From Chiloscyllium plagiosum (taxonomy: Eukaryota), in contig NC_057752.1 of the NCBI RefSeq assembly GCF_004010195.1, positions 8,816,387 to 8,880,386 of the forward strand: a DNA stretch of 64,000 nt. The letters are read 5' to 3'. The notes beneath the pieces were generated by a model. The model was not told the DNA's origin and searched no databases. It was given only the letters and a program-made list of their open reading frames with translations. Position numbers and translations under genes: made by a program. The stretch's first letter is position 1. Every line of letters starts with the position of its first letter. Below are positions 1-11,274 of this stretch, one piece after another.

Positions 1-242
1 CTGAAAGTAAGCAAGAAGAAGAATCATGAGAAAACAGAAAGATTTTGACGAAAATATATTTCTCACCTTTAAACATTTTAAAAGAGGATATGGAAACAGA
101 AAATGGAACTATGCAGAAGTTCGGTCAGAGTCTGAGAGAGACAGATGGGTTAGAATTCACTACACGGACAATGGACAATTTGCTTATGTTGAGCCATGGG
201 TCCACAAATGTTGGACACCCTTAGAAAACTACAGCTGGGGGG

Positions 243-541
243 GAATAGCATCAAAATAAGAGGGTTCAGATTTTGGACTGAGCTGAGGAGCAACTTCTTC
301 ACCCAAACAATTGTGAATCTGTGGAATTCCCTGCCCAGTGAAGAAGCCGAGGCTATCTCATTGAATTTGTTTAAGGCAAAGATAATATATTTTTGAACAG
401 TAAAAGAATTAAGGGTTATGGTGAGCAGGTAGATAAGTGGAAATGAGGCCACAAAAAGATCAGCCATAATGTTATTGAATGCTGCAGCACGTTCGATGGG
501 TAAGATGGCCTCCTCCTGCTCCTATTTCCTATGTTCTTATA
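243..541 (+). mobile_element. CR1-group LINE 3' fragment
   Basis: Translates as ORF2 C-terminus (IRGFRFWTELRSNFFTQTIVNLWNSLP) followed by 3' UTR ending in a tatgttcttat-type tail. Confidence 0.8.
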
Positions 542-1109
542 TCTCACTGAAGTTTGCATTATTCATGCATAACACTTTCTGGTAAGTTCCAGTCAGGGCA
601 TTGCTGCCAAAATTGATCCTGTCCACATTCAATATGCACACATTCCAGTGGGGATTGCTGCATCATGTCCAAGACCAATTTCCCTCTGCAATCCAGAGGA
701 AATGCAGCTAATTGTGACCTACCCCTCCACCACCATTAACTGAGATCAGCTTTCTTGGCACAGCCTGGGAACAGAATCTGGGATTGCTCTGCTCACTGGA
801 TAAATTTGTCTCTTGCATTCATAATCCATGCCAACATATAAATAGGAGTGCTCCAAGGGTTTTGGTGACACCAACTATATTACAGCAGTTCGGCAGCTCT
901 GCAACGTCATTGGATTCAAGCTGAAGTGCAAGCATGAGACGCCTGACTACATTCTTTGGTGTCAACATGGCAATTCTGACAGTTTGATAAAAATAAGAAC
1001 CAACATCAGTTGATAAGTGCCCCATTAGCAGTGCCTCTAACCATTGGGGGGGCAGCACTAGTGTAAATACATCAACATGCATATTCACGATATCACTGTA
1101 CATAAATAA

Positions 1110-1345
1110 AAACCTTGCATTTATGCAGCACCTATAATGAACACAGGATATCATAAAGTACTGCAAGCCAACGTATTTCGCTTGAAGTGTTGTTTTGAAG
1201 GTTAATGAAGCAGCTAATTTGTGCAAAACAAAATCCCACAAACAGTAAGCAAATGAATGCCCAATTTATCTGTGTTGAGTGTGTTGACTGAGGGGAGAAT
1301 GTCGGCCAAGTCTTTAGACAAACCCCCTGCTATGGGATTTGGGGC
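1110..1345 (-). mobile_element. DeuSINE/SacSINE-like relic
   Basis: Resembles the reverse of the Deu domain as recalled (aatttgtgca...cccacaaacag...tgttgactgaggggagaatgtcggcca...gggatt); highly decayed. Confidence 0.5.
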
Positions 1346-1394
1346 CATCAGGGGAGTCAGAAACAAGTGGGAAAATCTTGAAGTTAGAATTTAG

Positions 1395-1640
1395 GGGACC
1401 AAAGGGGCAGATTTTCATACAGAGGGTGGTGCGTGTATGGAATGAGCTGCCAGAGGAAGTGCTGGAGACAGGTACAATTGCAACATTTAAAAGGCATCTG
1501 GATGGGTATATGAATAGGAAGGTTTCAGAGGGATATGGACCAAATACTGGCAAATGGGATGAGATGAATTTAGGATATCGGGTCAGCGTGGACAAGTTGA
1601 GCTGAAGGGTCTGTTTCCGTGCTGTACAACTCTATGACTC
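1395..1640 (+). mobile_element. CR1 LINE 3' fragment (young family)
   Basis: QRVVRVWNELPEEV...GYGP...W followed by 3' UTR and ctctatgact tail; same family as 13400-20200. Confidence 0.85.
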
Positions 1641-2192
1641 CTTGATTTCAAGGTGAATTCAAGAGGCACACTTTCACACTAAGATGATCAGCATTCTCTT
1701 TGTCCAAAAGGTTGTGGGTGATGGATCAATCAAAATTTTCCAAGGTTGAGATTGATAAATTTTGCTTTGAATAAGGGAGGTCAGGAGGTAAATGGAGCGA
1801 GGTGCAGATTCGCAATGATCTAATTGAACAGCAGAACATTTCTGAAGGAATGAATGGCCCCCTGCTGTTCCTCCATTCCTCAATGAAAGCTAGTTCTGAA
1901 AGGAAAAATAAGCTTTCATGTCAAGGAGTAGACCTGTTGTGTTAATCTCTTCACAATTCTTGCATTATTTCACCATTGTTCACCTTGATGAGAAAGGTTC
2001 TCTGCATAAAACACACACATACACCAATGGATATAATATTCTAAGTGCTGCATGATCTTCCTTTTAATCTTAAATCAATTCCTGTAGAATTTTGTCCCTT
2101 CACCTTTTATGCTACACTTTATTGATAACATCTCTTGTCAAATGAAAAAAAGTACATCTTCCATCTAACCAACAACTAATGGGAAACTTGGC

Positions 2193-2490
2193 GGAAGTAG
2201 GCACTGCAGATGCTGGAGATTAGAGTCAAGATTAGAGTAGTGTTGGAAAAGCACAGCAGGTCAGGCAGCATCCAAGGAGCAGGAAAATCAATGTTTTGGG
2301 AAAATCCCTTCATCAGGAATGAGGCTGGGAGCCTCGGGGGTGGAGAGATTAACAGGAGGGGGTGGGGTGGGGGAGAAGGTAGTATTTGTTTGTAAAAGTA
2401 CACATGATAACTAATTCTAATTCAAAATAGGTGGGAAGGAAGATTGACAGATGGGACAGGTCATGAGGACGGTGCTGAGCTGGAAGGTTG
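2193..2490 (-). mobile_element. Penelope-like element 3' terminal fragment
   Basis: Matches the terminal sequence of the Penelope-like copies at 48091 and 54325, including a decayed ctgatgaaggg...cccaaaac hammerhead-like motif. Confidence 0.75.
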
Positions 2491-2528
2491 CTACGGGGTC
2501 TATATTGAAAACGTTGCTCTTTACTCAC

Positions 2529-2650
2529 CAGTAGCCATTTCTCTTTTCTCAGTCAACTTCTTAATCATCTCTGCCTGCCTCTCACACACAGATTTCAATC
2601 GTCTAAACTCCTGGTACAGCAGTTCAAATGTTTCTTCCATCTCCTTCAAA
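2529..2650 (-). CDS. Coding exon of a TANK-like adaptor (TBK1/IKKepsilon-binding helical domain)
   Basis: tttccattag acceptor and G|gtgagt donor; 122-nt open frame LKEMEETFELLYQEFRRLKSVCERQAEMIKKLTEKREMAT(+G); pattern resembles the TBK1-binding helix of TANK/AZI2/TBKBP1; ATG at 2638-2640 in GAGATGG context. Confidence 0.75.
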
Positions 2651-3183
2651 CTAATGGAAAGCAAGAGTTCAGAGTTAACCATGGTAATATCACTTCATAA
2701 GGTCAGTTGATAAGTTGAGTCTGAACCATTATATTATCTAGTTTCCATTTTACTGAAAGAGCCAGATCACCCTGGTCCACACAAAGTGTTGGCCCCATAA
2801 ATCAGTTGGTAAACCTACACACTAATTTGGGTACAGAGCTGGAAAATCCCAAGGTTAATTATTGGTGTACGCTGTACTTACTGATCCTACCCAGGACAGG
2901 AATGCACGTGAAACAACTGACCTCAGAACCTCCAGGCTAGGGAAGGGTGAAGAAATTGGAGAGTTGAGTAGAGACTTGTCTCTAATAAATTAAAAACCTT
3001 GAAAACCTTGGAATCATTTGAGAACCAATTGGTGTTGCAAGAGAGACGTTTAGGGTTATTCTAGATCAATGAAGTAACATGAGTCAATTAACCTCCTGTA
3101 ACTTTAATTATCCTGTGAAGTCTCCACTTCGAAGGAAAGTTTGTTCCACAGTGTAGAAGATACAAAACACATCAAAAGAATAG

Positions 3184-3350
3184 AAATTACTGGAAAAGCT
3201 CAACAAGTCTGTTCTGAGGAAGAGTCACTGGACCTGAAATGTTAACTCTTGATTTCTCTCCACAGATTCTGCCAGACCTGCTGAGTTTTTCCAGCAATTT
3301 CTGTTTTTTGTTAATGATTTCTGATATCCACAGTTCTTTCGATTATTTAT
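3184..3350. mobile_element. Short Penelope-derived element with inverted ends
   Basis: 13-bp TSD atcaaaagaatag (3171-3183 / 3351-3363); left end is an inverted copy of the internal ctgctgagtttttccagcaatttc; decayed hammerhead-like ctgaggaag...tgaaatgtt. Confidence 0.75.
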
Positions 3351-3399
3351 ATCAAAAGAATAGCTGGAAATCAAGACTGAAAAGGGAGAGAGGAACTTA

Positions 3400-3560
3400 A
3401 TGAAGAGGCATTTGGATGGGTATTTGAATAGGAAGGGTTTGGAGGGATATGGTGCTGGCAGGTAGGACTAGTTTGGGTTGGGATATCTGGTCGGCATGGA
3501 CAGATTGGACCAAAGAGTCTGATTCCATGCTGTACATCTCTATGACTCTATGACTCTATA
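3400..3560 (+). mobile_element. CR1 LINE 3' end
   Basis: 3' UTR with (ctatgact)n tail. Confidence 0.8.
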
Positions 3561-4043
3561 AAATCACTAGAAAAAGGCTCTGGTAAACTACTGGAACTCA
3601 ATGTTGACACGTTCCCTGGACCTTAGGACCTGGATTCTAGGGTCTTAAAAGAAGTTACTTCAAAGACTGTAGATGCATTGGTTATAACTCTCAAAGAATT
3701 CCTAGATTCTGGCTCAGCCATTGGTGGATTAGAAAATAGCAAACATTCAAGAAAGGAGGAAGACAGAAAGTCGAAACCTATAGGTTAGTTGGCCTAACAT
3801 CAGTCATAGGGAAAGTTCTAGAATCCATACAACCAGGCATATACAATATGGCTTTGTGAAAGGGAAATCAGGGCTGACTAATTGGAGTTTTTGAGGAAGC
3901 GAGTAACGGGGTACCTATAGAAGCAGTTGTAGTGATTAGATTGCAGTCAGCCAGGTGGACCTCACATAGAATACAAATTCCCTGACTGGACCAGATTACT
4001 AACCCCAATCGGGGAGCTCTGGCTGATAGATATAAACGGGGTG

Positions 4044-4968
4044 TGTTATGGACCGGGCCAGACCCCATCAAAATATTTTCGGAAGGCAGCCTCTACCCTA
4101 ACTTTTTCTTATTTTAAAAGCAGATGTGAAGTGGATGTTCCAGATGTGATGCGACTGGTCAAACCACTCGACTTTAAGAAAAATAGAGTTTATTTAAACA
4201 CTACAGTTGCAACACGAACAAAAGAAAACGGAATTTAGAATAACTTAACTATTGGAAAACTTAACCGACCCAATACAGCAATATAACCAAGGAGCCATTC
4301 CAATCCAGTAACATCCCATAAACACACCCCTTGGCAAAAAGGTAAATTGAAACACCAATTTTTACAGGTAGGAGAGAACAACGTCCAGAGAGATTTTTTT
4401 TTTAGATTTTTTTTAGATTACTTTACAGTGTGGAAACAGGCCCTTCGGCCCAACAAGTCCACACCGCCCCGCCGAAGCGCAAACCACCCATACATTTACC
4501 CCTTACCTAACACTATGGGCAATTTAGCATGGCCAATTCACCTGACCTGCACATCTTTGGCCTGTGGGAGGAAACCGGAGCACCCGGAGGAAACCCACGC
4601 AGACACGGGGAGAATGTGCAAACTCCACACAGTCAGTCGCCTGAGGCGGGAATTGAACCCGGATCTCTGGCGCTGCGAGGCAGCAGTGCTAACCACTGTG
4701 CCACCCACATGTCACCGTGCCGCCCACATGTCAGAGAGAAAGTCAGTCAGGGTTCATTAGATGAAGCTTGCAAACTTCCTGGACTCCAGCATCGTGTGGT
4801 TGCCACAACTAAACCAAACAAGAGAAAACCTGAACTGGGAGAGCTGGCCACTCCCCTGCCATTGTCAAACTAGGCTCTTTCTCGACCCCTCAGCACCTCT
4901 GCTTTTATGACCTCTCTTTAAAAAACCCAAGGACAAAATAACCTTGTTAAAGTGACAGCATTGTCACA
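4044..4968 (-). mobile_element. Solo LTR nested in the 5' LTR of Gypsy element 1 (contains a V-SINE)
   Basis: tgttat...tcaca termini; homologous to the solo LTR at 24524-25140; AATAAA on the minus strand near 4190. Confidence 0.8.
4395..4725 (-). mobile_element. HE1-like tRNA-derived V-SINE
   Basis: tRNA-like head with A/B boxes (gtggcacagtggttagc...gggttcaattccc), V-domain gtggagtttgcacattctccccgtgtctgcgtggg, CR1-like tail. Confidence 0.9.
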
Positions 4969-7800
4969 ACTTCCAGAGGTTCTGTTCACTCTAAGAGCTG
5001 GCTCTGAGGGAGCTGGATCAGTGTCAATGACTCTCCACATGGAAATAAAGGATAACTTGGTGACAGGATACTGGCCTCTGTGGAGTTATTTCAGGGGTGA
5101 CAAGAGAAAAACACGGTCCTGGAGAAATTCACTCGCAACAGTTGTCTTTGAGTTGGGGGTAAGCATTTCTGACATCCTGCTGTTATTTGGGAAGGTTGAC
5201 TCATTTGATCCAGCCATCGAAGACTGGGCCTAGCATATTGAAAGAATGTGTTATTTTTTCTGGGCAAATGACATGGTGCAGATTGAAAGCAATGCGGACT
5301 CGAGACAGCAAAAGAGTCCCATTAAGCCTGAACTGAGTAAGAGAACTATAGACTGGTTTCCCAGAGAGTGCACACTCTGGAAAGTCCACTTATGTGTGGG
5401 TTGGAAGAGTTAACTTGTTAAGCAATATCCAAATCCGAACCAATCAAAATAAACGTCTAGTTAAATGGTCACCGAGTTCTAATGGAGATTGATGCTGGTG
5501 CAGCTATAGTAGTGATCGCAGAATCAGTCTTTAACAAAATTCATTCTGGATTCCCAACCCTATTGTTTGTGCAAGACCACAGCTAGACTGAGAACCTATA
5601 CCAGGGAACTGTTACAGATGAAGGGTACAATTTCAGTTCCGGTCCCTTATGAGAAGCAGCTGGTTCAGTTCCCACTGATTGTAGTAAAAGGCTCAGGCCG
5701 AAGCTGGATGGGGTAGAATTGGTTGAGAAAGATTCAACTTGATTGGCTCAACATTTTCCAATTAGAAAATAGTTGCCTGAGTGACGTCCTAATTAAATAC
5801 CCAAAAGTTTTTTAAGAAGGTTGAGGGACTATCAAAGGAGCCAAGGCCACCTTATATGTTTCCCGGGAAGCAGTTCCATGATTCTGCAAGGCCTGCCCTG
5901 TGCCATTTGCCTTACGGGCAAAAGTAGAGGCAGAAATCAGGAGGCTGGAAAGGGAAGGAATCATCAAACCAATCCAGTTTGTGGAACGGGCAACACCAGT
6001 TGTATCGATTGTGAAGCCTGATGGGCTTTGTGGTGATTTTAAACAAACGGTAAGTGCTTTTCACAGCTGGATAAATATCCAAAGCCTCCTATAGGGGGTT
6101 TATATGCAAAACTGGCAGGGGTCCTGGTCTTCACAAAGCTGGACATGAGCCATGCATACTTGCAATTGCGGTTAGATGAGAATTCTCAAAGTATGCTACA
6201 AATAATACTCATAAAGGTTTGTCCCAACATATGAGACTGCCATTTGGGATATCATCAACCTGTGCCATTTTCCAGTGGGCAATGGAGAACATCTTACAAG
6301 GTCTACCCCAAGTCATTATTTATTTGGAGGATGTGCATAACAGGGAAGACCAATAAAGAACATTTAGAGAATTTGGACATAGTGCTTAAATGTTTTTCCC
6401 AGGAGAGTATATGCCTTGAGAGGGAAAAATATATGCTCCAGGCACACCAAGTGATCTACTTGGGCTACAGAGTTGACAAGACCAGGTTACACCCTTTGAA
6501 AGATAAAGTGAGGGCAATCAAAGGTGCCCCGATTCCCACATCTATACCAGAGCTTCGGTTTGAAAAAGGGCTAACCTTGTTTAAATGGTCACGTAGGCAA
6601 GACATAGCCTTTAGGGAAGTGAAGAAGCAGCTGTCATTGTCTAAGCTGTTGGCTCACTGTGATCCCAAGCAAGATCTGGTGCTGACATGTGATACTTCCC
6701 TGTAAAGTGCTGTGTTCGCTCACAGATGGCCCAATGGAGAGGAATGCCCGATAGCGTGTACCTCCTGGACTTTGGCTGATGCAGAGTGCAAATACAATGA
6801 GATACAGAAGGAAATTTTGGTGTGAGAATGTTCTACCAATACCTTTACGGATATAAATTTGTCATAGCAATGGACCACAAACCCCTGCTAGGGCTACTGA
6901 AAGAGGACAAGGCTGTGCCAACCATAGCTTCAGGTCGAATTCAGTGGTGGGCTCTCATTGAGTGCATACAATTACAAATTGGAACACTGTCCGTGAGGCC
7001 AAGTAGCAAATGCGATGCCTTGAGCCGCCTCTCACTGGCAGATACTTCACCAGTGTCGCTGCCACTGGAACAGTCCATTCTGGTTTAAACTTTCTGGACA
7101 TCCTTCCCGTTATTACTGACAATATCCGACTGTGGATACAAAAAGATCCGATCCTGGCAAAACTAAAACAGCTGGTGGTAATGAGGGAAACAAAAGGGCC
7201 GTCACAACCAGAAATGAAACCTTTCTGGACCTGGTGAGACCAGATCAGCATGAAGGGTGGCACATTATTATGTGGAGCAAGAGTGATTGTCCTTTGCAAA
7301 GGTAGCCGCCAGATACTGACTGAACTCCACCAGGGTTTCCAAAATGAAAATGTTGGGGAGACATTATGTCTGGTGGCCAGGGTTGGATGTTGACATAGCT
7401 GCATTGGTGTGGCAGTGCCCAGAGTGCCAATAAAGGAGAAGGATTATCGCCAGCAGCTCCCCCACACTCGTGGGAATGGCCAGGTAAATCCTGGACTCGG
7501 TTACGCATTGACTTTGCTGGTCCTTTCATGGGCTCTATGTTTTTAGTCATTGGGGACGCCCAATCAAAGTGGTTGGACATGCATAGAGTTCATTTGTCAA
7601 ACACAACGACATCTTTTGCAATGCACAGAGGCTCCCAGAAGTGTTGGTCACAGAAAATGGGCCACCATTAACCAGCAGGGAACTTGAGTATTTCCTAAAG
7701 TCAAATGGCATTCGACATGTAAGAACAGCTCCATACCATCCATCATGCAATGGTCTGGCAGAAAAAGCATTCCAAACTTTGAAAGCAGGCTTAAAAATAC

Positions 7801-8499
7801 TGAAGATCTAGACTCCCAGCGGGGTCTCTCGGTTCCACGATCGGTCAATAAATACTCGCAATTGGTCTGGCTTTTAAGACTTCATTTTTTATTTTTCATA
7901 TGGACAGGCACAGAACATCCAGAAGCACAAAAGTTATACATTTCCGTGTTCCTCAGAGGAGTTGTGTACATGGCTTAAAATATAGGTATTTTTATATTTT
8001 TCTCAAAGAAGGGTACAGGCCATGATCGCACAGTACATTCAAACAAATACCAATTAATACACAATACCACTTTATTTGACAGTTACTTGGTCCAATGATA
8101 TTTCCTGGGAACCAACTTTCTTTTCTAACACTCAGGCCACCCTTATCCCACTAACCGAGTCATTGCACCTGCAGCTGAAGTTCAGCTAGGAACGGCCAGT
8201 AATGTCTTATCTAGTCTAGTTATTTCTATGCTGTAAAGGGTGCATTGTTGGCTAATTTCTATTAAAGCAGACTGGTTACTCAATTATGCAGCTATAGCAG
8301 TATTAGAAGTAAGTAACTTTAAAAGCCATTTTATGCAGCTTTCGCAGAATTGTCAATTTGCAGCCTAGAAGCCATTTTGTCATATTATTTGCATCGAGAA
8401 GTCATTTTATTGCCGCCTAAGTTATTAAGAGCATCTGTTAAGTGGTTGTTCCTGACAACAACTAGTTACTTCAGCCTGTATTCAGGTTTCAGATCCTCA
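7801..8499 (-). mobile_element. Solo LTR (ERV1- or Gypsy-type) inserted in the Gypsy integrase
   Basis: TG...CA with short inverted termini tgaagatct/agatcctca; perfect 4-bp TSD atac; minus-strand TATA (about 7990) and AATAAA (about 7890). Confidence 0.85.
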
Positions 8500-9059
8500 A
8501 TACCAAACTGTCCCAGTTCCTATTTGATTATAAGAACACCCCTCATGCAACTACAGGGATAGCTCCAGCAGTTGATAATGGGGAGAATACTCCACCATTA
8601 AACCTGATCTTACAGACATGGGAAGGGAAATGGGTAAAATGGCATCAGGAACACCAATGCCAGGCACAAGACCCCTCTAAGCGGGAGAGGCAGTTTATTT
8701 CAGGGGACGAAGTTTAATGTCAAAATCACTGAAACAGCCCTGTGTGGTTAAAAGGCATGGTTGACACAAGGTCTGATCTCATGACATACAAAGTTTAGGT
8801 AGGTGAGGCAGTCCTGAACAGGCACATGGATCATGTGAATGCTGCAAATTCGTAAATGGAGCAGAAGAATAATATACGTGGCCCCTCAGAACAGCCTGAA
8901 AGGCTGTCAGAACCCATGAGTTCTGCACCTCTATCTTGTGTTGAGGAAACCTGAAGTCTCAACACTGTTACTGCCTGAAGGTGAATTTCAGTCAAGATGC
9001 TTTGGGCGTAACAGGTGGGTCCAGTACACACTGCTGGTATCCAAGGCAGAGTTGGCAGA

Positions 9060-10949
9060 GCTTCATGCTCTCACCCTGACCTGGAAAAATTCATAAACTT
9101 CGCTTCCAGTTTCCATCCCTCCATCACCTTCACCTGGCCCATCTCCGACACTTGCCATAAGACCATAAGACCATAAGACATAGGAGTGGAAGTAAGGCCA
9201 TTTGGCCCATCGAGTCCACTCCGCCATTCAATCATGGCTGATGGGCATTTCAACTCCACTTACCCGCATTCTCCCCGTGGCCCTTAATTCCTTGTGACAT
9301 CAAGAATTTATCAATCTCTCACTTGAAGACATTTAGCATCCCGGCCTCCACTGCACTCCGCGGCAATGAATTCCACAGACCCACCACTCTCTGGCTGAAG
9401 AAATGTCTCTGCATTTCTGTTCTGAATTGACCCCCTCTAATTCTAAGGCTGTGCCCACGGGTCCTAGTCTCCTCACATAACGGAAACAATTTCTTAGCGT
9501 CCACCCTTTCCAAGCCATACTTTCCTTGACCTTTCTGTCTCCATTTCCGGCAATAGTCTATCCACTAATGTCCATTACAAGCCCACTGACTCCCACAGCT
9601 ATCTGGACTACAGCTTTTCTCACCCTACGTCCTGTAAGGACTCTATCCCTTTCTCTCAGCTCCTTCGCCTCTGCCGCATTTGTTCCAATGAGGCCACTTT
9701 CCAAAGTGGTGCTCTTAATATGTGCTCCTTCTTCTCCAACCGTGGCTTCCCACCTACAGTTGTTGACAGGGCTCTCGACATCGTGCGGTCCATCTCATGC
9801 GCCACGACCCTCACCCCCTCCCTCCCCTCCCAGAACAAGGATAGGGTCCCTCTTGTTCTCACCTTTCACCCCACCAAGCTTCACATGCAAAGAATAATCC
9901 TCCGCCATTTCGCCAACTCCAACACGACGCCACCACTAATCACATCTTCCCTTCTCTCCGCCTGTCTGCATTCCGCAGAGATCATTCCCTCCGGGACAAC
10001 CTAACCCACTCGTCCATCACACCTAACACCTCTCCCATCATACACGGCACCTTCCCATGCAATCGCAGAAGGTGCAACACCTGCCCCTTTACCTCCTCCG
10101 TGCTCACCATCGAAGGCCCCAAACACTCATTTCAGATTAAGCAGCGTTTCACTTGTACCTCTTTCAATCTGGTCTATTGCATTCGTTGCTCCCAATGTGG
10201 TCTCCTCTATATCGGAGAGACAAAACGCCGACTGGGTGATCGCTTTGCTGAGCACCTTCGGTCTGTACGCAATCAGGTCCTGGACCTCCCTGTGGCTTGC
10301 CACTACAACACACAATCCTGCTCCCATGCCCACATGTCTGTCCTGGGCCTGCTGCAATGTTCCAGTGAAGCTCAACGCAAACTGGATGAACAGCATCTCA
10401 TCTTCTGACTAGGCACATTACAATCTGCCAGTCTCAACACTGAATTCAACAACTTCAGATGATTATCCCATCTTGACCCCTCTGTTTTCATTCTGCTCCG
10501 TAATTTTATTTCATTTATTTTAGTTTTTATTTTCACTGTTCTGTACCTCTTATTTCTTGATTGTCTCTCTTTCTCTCGCTCCCTACTCTCTCATCACCTT
10601 TTTCCTCTCCTCTTCCCTCTTTGCTACCCTTCTCCCCTGTTTTCCATTTTGCCTCTGCTTCACCCATCCCCCACATATTTTGTCACATAGCACTGGTTTC
10701 AGCCTTGGTCATTCACAGCTCCTAATCTCCCTATAATCTCTCTATGCACTGTCATTATCATCTCTTTATTGCTACCTTTGCTTCTGGAGCCATGACTCAC
10801 CTTCCCTCAGCCTCATATAAATACCTCCCTATTTCTCCCTTTTTTTAGCTTTGACAAAGGGTCAGTTGGACTCGAAACGTCAGCTCTTTTCTCACCTTAC
10901 AGATGCTGCTAGACCTGCTGAGATTTTCTAGCATTTTCTCTTTTGGTTT
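9060..10949 (+). mobile_element. 5'-truncated Penelope-like retroelement (RT C-terminus + GIY-YIG endonuclease)
   Basis: VYCIRCSQCGLLYIGETKRRLGDRFAEH GIY-YIG motif; 13-bp TSD cagagtt(g/a)gcaga; hammerhead-like motif near 10850-10885. Confidence 0.9.
9156..9517 (-). mobile_element. CR1 3' fragment nested in the Penelope-like element
   Basis: TRTRGHSLRIRGGQFRTE...WNSLP; (tcttatgg)n tail. Confidence 0.85.
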
Positions 10950-11160
10950 CAGAGTTAGCAGAACTAGACCTGGTACAAAAACGTCCCAGGAGAACATTAC
11001 AGGAAAAAGAACAGGCCTACGTTCCAGGACTTGGAGGGGGAGGGATGCAGTGATTATAATAAGGTCAGCCAGGTGGACCTCATAGAATGAGTTCCCTGAT
11101 TGGGGCTGTTAACCTGGTCCAATCAGGGAGCCCTGGCTGACAGATAAAAACTGGAGTGTC

Positions 11161-11274
11161 CCACACCTGCACACACACACCATGGGTGCTGGGGAAAAAA
11201 TAAGCACTACCGCACTTAGGTGGTAGTGTGGGGGAAAAAAAAGAAGAAGAAAAAACAACAAAAAAAAAATTAAA
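11161..11274 (+). mobile_element. Short A-tailed retroposed insert (probable Tx1/L1 3' tip) in the Gypsy 3' LTR
   Basis: Perfect 15-bp TSD aaaaactggagtgtc (11146-11160 / 11275-11289), A-rich tail, hairpin cactacc...ggtagtg; partial similarity to the 3' end of the Tx1 fragment at 26174-26775. Confidence 0.75.

Noticed and set aside
1041..1060. CTCF-like motif ccattgggggggcagc
   Set aside because: Poor fit to the core consensus spacing.
819..1241. 140-aa minus-strand ORF as the next TANK-like exon
   Set aside because: It overlaps a SINE relic, has no PIQCT motif, and the nearest acceptor gives a stop in the required phase.
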